This document shows positions 46,200 through 56,339 of a stretch of 64,000 bases of DNA, piece by piece. The first letter of the stretch is position 1. Every line of letters starts with the position of its first letter. The stretch comes from Camelus dromedarius (lineage: Eukaryota): NCBI RefSeq assembly GCF_036321535.1, contig NC_087460.1, positions 4,960,001-5,024,000 on the forward strand. The letters are read 5' to 3'. The notes beneath the pieces were generated by a model, which ran no database searches, had not been told where the DNA came from, and saw only the letters and a list, made by a program, of their open reading frames with translations. The position numbers and the translations under genes were made by a program.

Positions 46200-46900
46200 A
46201 GAGGACGCGGGAGAGAAGAGAGTGAAGCGAGGGATCCTGGCGGGGACTCCTCACTCAGATGCCCCATCCTTTCCCCCAGGTTTGCTCACCGCCTTGCTCC
46301 TCCCTCTTCGCTCCCCTCAGGCTCCTAAACCCATCATCACCTTGCCCGCACCCACCTGTCCCGGTCTCCCGAGACTCGCGAGTTCGCCGCCTTTGGGCTT
46401 GTCCAGGGACCGTCCCCCTCGCGCCCCACCCCCCTGTGCCCTTGTCACCAGCCCCCGAACCTCGCCTGGCTTCCAGTGCCGGGAGGTCGTCGGGCCTCCG
46501 GAGGAGCCCAGCCGAAAGTCGCTGAGGCGCGCTAGCCTCAGACCGCCTGCCGCTTCCGCCTCCAGCACCGCCCCCAGGGCTCGCCCCGCCCTAGGCCACG
46601 CCCCCAGGCCCTGCGGAGCGGTTAACCCTCTCGGTGCCGTTCCAGGTCGCGTCCTGTCCCCAGACCACGCCCCCTCGGGGGTCCCTCGGGGGCAGTTACT
46701 GTCAGCTGGGTGGTGGCTCTGGAAAGGCAGGTAGTGCGCAGAGCCCAATCCCGAGCAGTTAACCTCGGGGCACCGTCCCTGGCCGCCCTCACCTCCGCCA
46801 CCGCCCCAAGGCCCCGCCTCTGCGAGAGGGCCTCGGAGCGCTTAACACTCTCTGGCTACTATGGAGTCCAGCCCTGGCAGTCCAAACTCAGAATTAACCC
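46200..46900. promoter_or_regulatory. CpG-island promoter of SPSB2
   Basis: CpG-rich, with several GC/KLF boxes (ccgcccc, ccacgcccc) immediately 5' of SPSB2. Confidence 0.8.
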
Positions 46901-47229
46901 TTCCATGGTATCATCGCTTTGGGATCCCTGGAAGTCTGTTCTCCACCGTCAAGAACTTTGAGCCGCTTGTACAACCAGCTCCTGAGTCCCTAGAGATGAG
47001 GGGTGTGAGGTCAGGGTTGGGCTGCCATTGTGATATTCCCAGTCCTGGTGATTCTGGGTCACTATTACTGGGCTGGTCTTTTTCTGGCCCCAGTTGTGAG
47101 TTAGCCTGTTCTGTGCCTGAGGTTCTGAACTCTTGAGTATCTGGCTCTGAGGGGCAGGTGTCATAGGTCTCCACGCTGTTCTAGTCCTCATCCTGCTTGT
47201 CAATCCATTCCTGAGCTGTTGGCCTCATC

Positions 47230-47700
47230 TGGGAGAGTGTAGCAGGCAAGACGTTGCTTGTGAGTGAAGCTATGCCACTAACTAGCTCTGTGACCTTGGG
47301 GAGGTTCCCAAACTTCTCTAAACCTGTTTTCTCTTATGTAAAATGGGAATAATGATGGTACTTAACCTCACAGGATGTTGTGGAGTTGAACTAATCCAGG
47401 TAAAGCACTTAGCACAGAGCCTGCACTCACTAAACACAGCTATTTCTGAAGTGTCCTTAACATTTACAGAGTGCCCACTCTCTAGAGAGTTAGTGTAAGA
47501 TAGTGGTAAAGGATGCCAACTGTGACTGGGTGTGAATACCTGAAGGCTGGCAGGTAGGGGACCTTGGGCCAATTACTTAACCTCTCCATGCCCATTTCTT
47601 CTTCTGTAAAATGGAGATGCTACTGCTACCTACTGCATAGGCTGTAGTGAGGATCAGTGAGGTTTTATACATACATACCTAAAGCGTTTAGAACAGTTTC
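47230..47700. mobile_element. MIR SINE fragments
   Basis: Two MIR core matches ('gctctgtgaccttggg...tgtaaaatgggaataatgatggtacttaacctcacagg' and 'ttctgtaaaatggagatg...gtgaggatcagtgagg'). Confidence 0.7.
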
Positions 47701-47723
47701 TGGTTCAAATTTAATCATTTGTG

Positions 47724-47845
47724 GGGGAGGGTATAGCTCAAGTGGTAGAGCGCATGCTTAGCATGCACAAGATTCTGGGTTCAATCCCCAATACCTCCTT
47801 TAAAAATAAATAAACCTAGTTACCTCCCCCCACCACCAAAAAATG
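47724..47845 (+). mobile_element. tRNA-derived SINE (vic-1-like) with perfect 12-bp TSD
   Basis: Full head ggggagggtatagctcaagtggtagagcgcatgcttagcatgcacaag...ggttcaatcccc; TSD taatcatttgtg at 47712-47723 and 47846-47857. Confidence 0.92.
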
Positions 47846-48283
47846 TAATCATTTGTGCTAAAGACTGAAGATTACGCAGTGAATCCTCAAGGAAGTTAAA
47901 AAGGACATTTATAAAACACTTTATCATGTAGTAGGTAAAGTTCTGGATATCCAGAAAGTACTGTGGGAGGAAAAAGGATGGGACTCCTAACCAGGGATCA
48001 AGCAGTTTGGAAAGAAAAGTGTCCTGGTCCAGGGGATGACACTGGGCTGAATCTTTAAGAATGACAAGGAATTTGCCTGGGAGGTGGTTCCAGATGAATG
48101 TGGGTTAGATTAGAGTTGCTGCAGTAGAAGACATTCAGGCTGAGAGGTCAGCGTGAAAAAAACCAGAAGTGGTAGGTGGGTTTGGGGAATGTGGAAGATT
48201 TCAGGGTTGCTGTAGCAAGATCGGAAATGTGAGACAAGCCTAGAGAAGTATGTGTCACCGGCAAGCCAAGTCAAGAACGCAAA

Positions 48284-48779
48284 TGTCAACTGAAAGAAAT
48301 TGCACAACCTAGAAGTTGAGAGTTATGTTTTATTCTCAGACTTTCTGGGGACCTCAAGCCTGGGAAGCAGCCTCGAAGATCACGCTTAAGGGACTGCTCC
48401 AAAGAGGCACGGGAAGAGCCAGGATATATAAGTTAAAGACCATGTAGTCAGAATATGCAAAGATTAGTGTTAACTAAGGAAAACCAGATATTCCAAGTTA
48501 AGAAATTTAGAACTTTTGTGTGTATGGGAAGATGCAAAAGTCTGGGCTCACTGAAATCATTCCTTTGATACGTGCCTTAACTATCTAGGGCTCATATCCT
48601 GTTCTTTCCCGTCTCGAGTCCCCTCCAGGTGGGGGGTGGGTGCAGAGGCAGGCAGCCCACTTGTCTCCATCCTGAACTCCGTCCTTCTCACTGGCTCACC
48701 TTTGGGGCCTGGGGGGCATAGGTGGTGGCTGATGGCTGATGGTGTTTACTGATACAGCAGGCAATATTTTTCATTCACA
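48284..48779 (-). mobile_element. Solo LTR (ERV1-like, subfamily unassigned)
   Basis: 496 bp bounded by TG...CA; near-TSD caaa/gaaa; on minus a TATA-like 'ttatatatcc' (~48422-48431) followed by AATAAA (plus tttatt 48328-48333), the usual U3-R-U5 order. Confidence 0.75.
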
Positions 48780-49134
48780 GAAATGTTATCCTGTAGGATG
48801 GGCCAGTAACAGGGAGCCATGTAGGAGAAAAGCAGGAGAGGATCATGGTCAGATCCTCATTTTAGAAAAACCACCCTGGCAGCAATGGAAAGGAGGCTTT
48901 GAGGAAAATAGGGCTGGAAGCAAGGAAATGGGTTCCAGGGGCTCAGTTGACAAGTATTGAGAGCCTGAAATAGGGCAGTCAAAATAAGGATGAAAAGAAT
49001 TCAAGAGTCACTGATGAAACGGCAAGATTTGGGGACTGATTAGATGCTGAGGGAAAGGAAAAAGTCTAAGAGAGGTTTCTAGCCTGGAGAACTTTGTTGG
49101 AAGGTGGTGCATTGAGTAAAGATGGCAGAGACAG

Positions 49135-49684
49135 TGCCATTTGCAGCAACATGGATGGACCTGGAGATTGTCATTGTATTGAATTAAGCCAGAAAGAGAA
49201 AGAAAAATACCGTATGATAGCACTCATATATGGAATCTAAAAAAAGGAAAATGATGATACTAATGAACTCATCTACAAAACAGAACCAGAATTATGGAAA
49301 TAGTAAACAATCTTATGGTTACTAGGGGAAAGGGACTGGGAAGGGATAAATTTGGGAGTTTGAGATTTGCAAATGTTAAATACTATATATAAAAATAGAT
49401 TAAAAAACAAATTTCTTTTGTATAGCACAAGGAACTATATTCAATATCTTGTAATCTTTAATGAAAAAGAATATGAAAATGAATATATGTATATATATAT
49501 ATATGCATGACTGGGACATTATACTGTACACCAGAAATTGACACATTGTAACTGACTATACTTTAAAAAAATGATGAATATATATGCATGTTCGTGTATA
49601 ACTGAAAAATTGTGCTCTACACTGGAATCTGACACAACATTGTAAAATGACTATAACTCAATAAAAAAAGTTTTTTCTTAAAAA
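49135..49684 (+). mobile_element. 5'-truncated L1 (end of ORF2 plus 3' UTR) with perfect 13-bp TSD
   Basis: 'ccatttgcagcaacatggatggacctggagattgtcat' L1 motif, A-rich end; TSD atggcagagacag at 49122-49134 and 49685-49697. Confidence 0.9.
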
Positions 49685-50539
49685 ATGGCAGAGACAGGAA
49701 GATGCCCTTGGGGGCAAGGGCAGGAGGATGGGAGAGAGATGGTGGGTTCAGTTTAGCACGTGTTTTTGAAGTGTCTGAAGCAACAACCCATTAGAACCAT
49801 CCAGAGCACACTTGAAAATAGCAGAACTGCAGGGCAGGGAAGGGAAAGGAAGGGCAGAAAGGAAAGGGAAGGGGAGTGAAGGGAAGGGAAAGGAGAAAAA
49901 AAAAGGATGGCAGGTCTGGAGGGAATGGTAAGAGGCTTGGGCTGGAGATACAAATTTGGGAGGTGTGTCAGCCTTCAGCCAGGAGTTGAACTCTCAAGTT
50001 CAATCAAGAGGGGCCCAGGAGAGAGACTGCAGAGTAAGAAGAGAGTCAAGGAGGACACAGCACAGCACACAATTCAGGTGAGTTTGCATACATGATTTTT
50101 TGGTCATTGGCAACTTTAGTGAGAGAGCACACATAGGCTGTGGGAGGTGGGGGGCCAGGCAGAAGGGGATGAACTGGCACTTTCCGTGTGTCAGGCGTTG
50201 TGCCACATGCTTCAGGTTTTTAGGGGTTAGACAGTTGGGAGATGTAAGGTGATAATTATGTCTCATAGTTAAAATTATCCTTGAAAATCCCTTACCCCAT
50301 CTATTAGGTACAGCGTATGTTAGTTTTGTACAAAATATGTGTCAGTACACATACAATGATGTACAAAATAAAATTTTATATTGTTTTAATTAAAGAGAAA
50401 GAAGAAAGCGAATTCAAAAGAAAGGTGTAAATCTGAAGACCTGTCATCCACCCAACCTTGATATTCTTGTGACAACAAAAATCGTGACATCATGACTGTG
50501 GATAGTGCCATGATGCATATTAGTGCAGGAAGGCTTAGG

Positions 50540-52709
50540 AGACAGTGAGCCTAATCCATGGCCAACTCTAGGTCACCTGGAGACCCTGTACCTACTCAGC
50601 TGCTGGTGGTTTGAAATCTTGAACTCCTCAAACATTGTTGGTAATAGCTCAAATAGTCCACAATGCTACAAGTAATTTTAACTTCTCACTTTTTTATTGT
50701 GATGTATACAGAGTACACTAATCTTAAATTGCTCAGTGAATTTTACAGATTTACATGCAACAAAAAGACCAAGAACATGTCCAGCATCCCAGAGGGCCCC
50801 TTCTTGTGCTGACACTACACCCCCAAAGTAACTCCTATCTGACTTCTATGCTATAGATTAGCTTTGCCTCTTCTTCAAGTTCATGCCAATGAAACAATAC
50901 CATATGTATTATTTGTACTCTTCTGTGACTGACCTGTTTTACTCAACATGTCCATGAGAGTCATCCCTTTCTTTGCACGAAATGGTAGCTCATTATTTCC
51001 ATTGTTCACAGTATTCCACTGTATGGATACACCACAACTTACGTCTTCCACTGTTGATGGACATTTGAGTTGGCTCCATTTTTAGTTATAGAGAAAGCTA
51101 CTATGTACAGTATCAGTCTTTTGGCGAACCTAGGCACTCATTTTTGTTGGGTGTATACTTATGTGCAGAATTGCTCGGTTATAAGCAATTACAATGCATA
51201 GATTTAACCACATGTAATTTCTAGGGTTCTCACCATGGAGGGATTTTATTCAGAAATTAAACCATTCAGGTATGTTGCAGCATGGAACACTTCAACAAGT
51301 TTATGAAGATTTGAACTCTTGTCTTTCTGTCCTTCCTTCATCTTCTGGGGATGATTTGATCAGTTCTTCAACTTTTCATTGTGTTTCTCTGTGCCTCTCC
51401 GGAAGTTCTTCAATTTCTTCTGCAAAGCCATCAGTATTCACTTCCTAGGCCACTTGAACAGTGAGTTTCACTTCTTTGTCAATATAAAACCTTTAAAATC
51501 CTAAACATGTTCTTGCCAACATGCAAGGACTATTTTAGGCTTGATTGTTTCCATGCCTGCTTCATATAAAGGATGCAACTGGCCATACTGGAGAACTTTC
51601 AACTCTTCCAGCTCATTACCACATTTAGACTAGGGTCAGCATTCACGGCTCTGCAAGTCAAGGAGGAATCTTAGCCTCACGCATGTGGCTTTGAAACAGC
51701 AATTCACGCTGAAATCAGCAGAGTGAAGAAGGGTGATGGTGGGGGAGGAAGACTTCAACGTCTTCATCAACACACTCATTAAGTCTGCGGTACCTCACTG
51801 TGATGCCGCAGCCTGTGAGCGGCAGCACCAAAGCCGAGGCCTTTCTCTCCAAGGACCTACTGGGCTTCTAGAACGTAAACTATAAAACCGAATCAGGAAA
51901 AGTGCTGCAGCCACCCAGGACTTCGCATTTGATTGACAGAGTACAGCAGATTTTTTTAAGGGCACTGGCATTTGTATCTCTGCAGACCATGTCTGGCTTT
52001 ATTAAACACAGTACTACATTGCCACCAAGAGAGGAGAGAGAGATGGTCACAAGGTCATTCGTTGCTTTCAAACCAGGGCCTTGTGTTTCTAGCTTGGAAA
52101 TATAAAAGCAGTTGGGCATCCCCCTGCCCCCAAGATACCAGCACCCTTAGATTCTGGAAGATAACTCTGGCCAATAATTACTTTTAGTAGCTCTGGGTGG
52201 GTTTTGCTGCCTGTTCTCAACAGATACAACCTCATCAACAGTTTGAACGTTTTTGAGGTTGAAGTGGTTTCTAAAACTGTTACGACATCCTTCGCTGGTT
52301 TTGAAACCCTTCCATCCCAAACCTGACTTCTCTGGCAGGAGGTGTGAACTGTGACTTGAGACCAATAGCTTTTCTCTTTCCTTTTTTGCCCCATATGGCC
52401 ATTGTTAGGCACATATTTCTTCTTCATTTCTTCCAGGCATAAGTTTAGTGCTCTTTCAGTCCTCATTAATGATTTATCAAATGTAATTTGCTGTCACTGT
52501 AACAGTTATAGGAGAACTTGACGACCTGGCTTCACAGATTTGTTGAATCTTCATGGCACATGTGACTTCCCAAGGTCATATTCATGTGCCACGTTGGAGA
52601 TGGACATACTGCCCCTTGGTGTGTAAGCTAGTTTTCCTTCCAGCATGTAGCGTCAAATGAAATGGTTAGACTGCCTTCAGATGGGTCGTGTTATGCGGTA
52701 AAAGGGCAT
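50540..52709 (-). mobile_element. Decayed pogo/Tigger-family transposase, near full length, interrupted by an L1
   Basis: Manual translation across frameshifts: MSISNVAHEYDLGKS (HTH_psq-like), DKSLMRTERALNLCLEEMKKKYVP and KGFKTSEGCRNSFRNHFNLKNV (CENP-B-type HTH), MPNCFYISK-ETQGPGLKATND-VT, QSNAKSWVAAALFL, CFKAT, ADPSLNV..SWK, KPK-VLACW, EELIKSS. Order matches the pogo DDE_1 architecture. Many stops and frameshifts; the first catalytic Asp motif (VFNxDE) is missing. Confidence 0.85.
50690..51205 (-). mobile_element. Old L1 3' UTR fragment inserted into the transposase relic
   Basis: Poly-T then 'attgtgatgtatacagagtacactaatcttaaat...acatgtccagcatcccagagggcccc...gttgatggacatttgagtt', a reversed L1M terminus; flanks share aaattac(a/t)tgt on minus. 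Confidence 0.75.
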
Positions 52710-52909
52710 CTTAAAACTGGAATCTAATTTAAAAGGCAAAACACTAGCACCAAAGTCAGCCTCCCAAGAGACACACTGGGGCCAGAACTGGGGCCAAGAG
52801 AACAGAGTCCAGTCTCCCGTCTCATGCTCGCGTGGAACCGTGGCTGGCGACCTTCTGCCCTATTTAATCCGAGAATTGTTGTGTTCAAGTTAAGTGTGCC
52901 TATGATGAA

Positions 52910-53036
52910 ACTCCATCACACCTCATTTAATACGCACAACAGACAGCCCCATTTTTACAGATTCGTAAACTGAGGCTCAGAAAGATTAAACAACTAGTCC
53001 AAGACTAGAGCTGGTAAAAGGCAGTGGCAGGATTCA
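52910..53036. mobile_element. MIR SINE
   Basis: 'ccccatttttacagattcgtaaactgaggctcagaaagattaaacaactagtccaagactagagctggtaaa...gcaggattcaaa' is a MIR core. Confidence 0.75.
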
Positions 53037-53039
53037 AAA

Positions 53040-53500
53040 AAGGACACTGCGCCAAACCCAAGAGCGGTGACGAAACGGGGACTGCAGAACACGCGGCCCA
53101 AGCCTGATGAGCCTCCCCCCGCTGCCGCCCGGGCGCCGGTTACGTAACCGCGGCGGAAGCCGGGCAGGAGCGGCGGCTCCCTCGGGGGCGGTCACGTGTG
53201 CCGACACCTGCGCAGGCGCGGCGGCCTGGCGGCCGGAGTGGCTCGCGCGCCCCCCAGCGGCCGCAGCCTGGCCTCCGCCCCGCCCGCCGCGAGGGCCGCC
53301 CCTGGGCTGCAGCTCCGGCTGCCGCCCACGCCAACCTCTTTCCGGCGCCGGCGTTTGCGTCTGGAACATTCTGCGCCGGAACAAAGGCCCCAGGGCGGAA
53401 GCGAGGGCCTTTGAGGGGTGGCTGTAGCCCCCGGTTCCAGAGGGGAGTGGAAGGAGTTGAGTGCTCTTGTAGATCCGCTCATCGAAAATAATACCCCACG
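53040..53500. promoter_or_regulatory. Orphan CpG-island promoter with no protein-coding gene start nearby
   Basis: CGGTTACGTAACCG palindrome 53137-53150, CGGAAG 53154-53159 and 53396-53401, GTCACGTG 53191-53198, TGCGCAGGCGC 53209-53219, CCGCCCCGCCC 53275-53285, TCT initiator CTCTTTCC 53336-53343. Confidence 0.75.
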
Positions 53501-54005
53501 TTTCTTTACGTTTGAAGGGCTCCCTTCCTCCGTCTCTCAAAAACTTGTCCTTACTTCCCCATCTCCCTCTCCCTCCTGCTGGCACCGCTGTTCCGTCTAA
53601 GGACCCTGCTCCGGAGAGAATCTTTGTGTTCACCCGGGAGGAGGGAGGCCTGAAGCAAGAGACAGCCAGGCTGTTCTAGAAACTGCGGTGTGAAGGAGCT
53701 CGCCTGTTACGAACAACACTGCCTCTTAAACTCTACCTACTTAGGTCAGTCAGTCGTCAAAAGTCTTACTTGCCAAATCAAATGCCCTTTTGTTTAGCCT
53801 TGCTAAGTTTTAAAGTAGTGACTCAGCTGTCTTTAGTTTTCCTCCACCTTTATGTCCTTCAGGGCCTCCACCCACTGGGGATCTCTCCCTGGCTTGTCCT
53901 CTGTTCACTCCTCATCTGTGGTTCTCAGAGTGGAGAGAGGAAGTAAGGGCATTTTATCTATAAGAGCAAATCCAAATTGAGGGCAGAGTGTCATTAATTG
54001 CTTTT

Positions 54006-54156
54006 TTTTTTTTTGAATTTTGTGTTTTGTTTTGGTGGGGAGGTAATTAGGTTTACTTATTTATTTTAGTATTTTTAATGAAGGTACTGGGGATTGAACC
54101 CAGGACCTAGTGCATGCTAAGCATGTACTCTTACCACTGAGCTATGCCCTACCCCC
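54006..54156 (-). mobile_element. tRNA-derived SINE (vic-1-like), reverse orientation
   Basis: Reverse complement of the full head; TSD ttaattgctttt (53994-54005) / ttaatttctttt (54157-54168). Confidence 0.9.
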
Positions 54157-54179
54157 TTAATTTCTTTTAAAAAGCACAT

Positions 54180-55150
54180 TTAATATTCATTCAGCAAGTA
54201 TTTCTTGAGCACTTACTCTGTGGCATGCACTGGGCCAGGCATTGGGAGGCAGAGCAAAACTGAAGGTCTGTTGGGGTTAGAAGAAGCCAATATAGAAGTA
54301 AAAAGTATTTGTTGTCTGGAAAGGAACAAACTTTATGATACACAGATTCGTGTGTAAAGACAAATTGTGTTTGCTGCTATCAAGGAAAAGCAGGGGGTTC
54401 CTAATTCAGATTATTGGTCAGGAAAGGCCTTTTTGAGAAGGCCCCATTTAAGCTGAGGCCTAGAAGACCGCAGGAGTTTGTTAAGAGAAGAGTTCCACAC
54501 AGAAGAGTACATGACAGCCCCAAGGAGGAGGGAGCTGGCTGGTTTGAGGAACTGGCTGTGTGGCTGGAAGCCAGAAGCAAAGGTCATGAGAGACCTGGCT
54601 GGGCTTTGCTTCTAGGCCTTGGTGAGGAGAAAGCATTTTATCCTAAGAGCAATGGGGAAAGCCTGAGGGGGTTTAAGTAGAAGTTTCTCTTTACTTTTGA
54701 CAAAGCTTACTGTAGCTGCTCCTGCAAGATGGTTGGACGAGAGAGGGGGAGGGAAGAAATCAGGAAGACTGCTTAGGAGGCTAACGCAGCCCTTCCGGGG
54801 AGCAATGCTAGAAGTCTGCGCCAGAGCAGTGTCACAGAAGATGGAGAGAAGTGGATGGATTCAAGATCTGTTTTGGAGGTAGAATGGATCACACTTGGTA
54901 ATAGATTCAATGGGGGCCAGGGGGGAAGGGTGTTTTTGAGGGAGAAAAAGTGACAAGGATGACCCAGGCTTTCTGGTTGGAACATCTGAACGGTGATCTG
55001 CGGAGCACTGAAGAAGCAGAGTCAGAGGGAAAGATTTGGAATTTCTCTGGATATGTTAAGTCTGCGATGTCTCTGAGTTATATAAATGAAGAAGTAGGAG
55101 GTAAGCGATGAGCCTGGGACTGAGACAAGAGTTCTTGTGTGTAAACAGAA
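54180..55150. mobile_element. L2 LINE fragment
   Basis: 'attcattcagcaagtatttcttgagcacttactctgtggcatgcactgggccagg' L2 terminus plus ORF2-like purine-rich text; boundaries approximate. Confidence 0.65.
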
Positions 55151-55277
55151 ATTTGGGGTTCGCTGAAACATGCAGTGGTGTGCTGGAGCTGGCTCCAACG
55201 GGCTTGTGAGAGCTGGTGGTTAATTGTTCATGAATTCTGTGAGCCGGTTATTAAATGCAGTCATTTTTAAAAACTGA

Positions 55278-55421
55278 GGAGGGAAGGATATAGCTCAGTG
55301 GTAGTGTGCAGTGCTTAGCATGCACAAGGTCCTGGATTCAATCCCAGGCACCTCCATTAATAAATAATAATAATAAATAAATGAATAAATAAACCAAATT
55401 ACCTCCACCCCCCCAAAAAAA
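55278..55421 (+). mobile_element. tRNA-derived SINE (vic-1-like) nested in the MER63-like element
   Basis: Head gggaaggatatagctcagtggtagtgtgcagtgcttagcatgcacaaggtcctggattcaatcccagg + (TAA/TAAA)n tail. Confidence 0.88.
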
Positions 55422-55514
55422 CCCTTAAAATTGTATAAACATAGCTTAAATAAATCATATTAAAAACAAAGGTTAACAAGTACTCACAACTCATCACTAG
55501 TGATTTTACTGCTG

Positions 55515-55889
55515 CTGTATCAGTTTGGTAAGACTGCCAGGACAAGATGCCAGGTAGTTTAAAGAACAGAAATGTATTTTCTCACAGTTCTGGAGGCAAT
55601 CCAAGAGCAAGGCGTCAACAGGGTTGTTTTGTCTGAGGCCTCTGTCCTTAGCTTGCAGGCGGCTGCCTTCTTCTGTGTCCTCACATGGTCTTTTTCTCTG
55701 TGTGTGCATTTCCTCCTCTTATACTGACACCAGGCAGGTTGAATTTGGGCCCACTGTAATGGCCTCATACAATCACCCCTTTTAAGGCTCTGTCCCCAGT
55801 ACAGTCATGTTCTGAGGTATTGGGGGTTAGGGCTTCAACAAACCAATTTTGGGGGATACACAAAGCACATAACAATTAAGCCCATAACA
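55515..55889. mobile_element. MLT1A/B/C-type MaLR solo LTR nested in the MER63-like element
   Basis: tgtatcagttt...acagaaatgtattttctcacagttctggagg...gttctgaggtattgggggttagggcttcaac...cccataaca. Confidence 0.8.
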
Positions 55890-56339
55890 ATTTTACTATT
55901 ATCTATGTTTTTGAAATTATTTACCTCTATTGTGTTTCTATGGTGGAAACACCACATTGTGAGTTGCTAGCTTGAAATCGACTATGGTGGGAGTATTTAC
56001 ACCAGAGAAATCAGTAAATGCTAAAAAGTAGGGCTTTTTGTTCTCCCTGGAGAGACTGGTTTTTAAATATTTACCAGCACATCACTGCCATCGATGTTAT
56101 TTAGTCTTTAGAGTATAATCTGGGTGTGAAAAATGGGAAACACACATGCGCATGCACACATGCACACCCATGCCTTTTGCTGAAGTGCTGCAAACTCTGG
56201 CTGGTAGAGATACAAAGAAAGACTTCTGAGTGTCACTAGTTTGCAAGCAGAGGCCGATCAAGAGGCTTTCCACTGAGTGACAGAAACTGATCAAATGATA
56301 TTAAAGAACATCTCATAAGGACATTTATTATTGCACATA

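Larger units (their letters stand above)
55173..56087. mobile_element. MER63-like hAT (Blackjack) DNA transposon containing two later insertions
   Basis: 14-bp terminal inverted repeats cagtggtgtgctgg (55173-55186) and ccagcacatcactg (56074-56087), 1 mismatch; internal text resembles MER63. Confidence 0.8.

Noticed and set aside
46861-47203. Three overlapping 84-91 aa ORFs beyond the SPSB2 promoter
   Set aside because: No recognisable homology or splice context; lengths are within chance expectation.
52898-52977. C/D-box snoRNA look-alike (gcct-ATGATGA...CTGA-ggc)
   Set aside because: The D box and closing stem are part of the MIR core 'aaactgaggctcag'; no recognisable rRNA guide and not in a host intron.
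53034-53633. 199-aa minus-strand ORF across the orphan CpG island
   Set aside because: No domain similarity recognised and typical GC-island composition; expected by chance.
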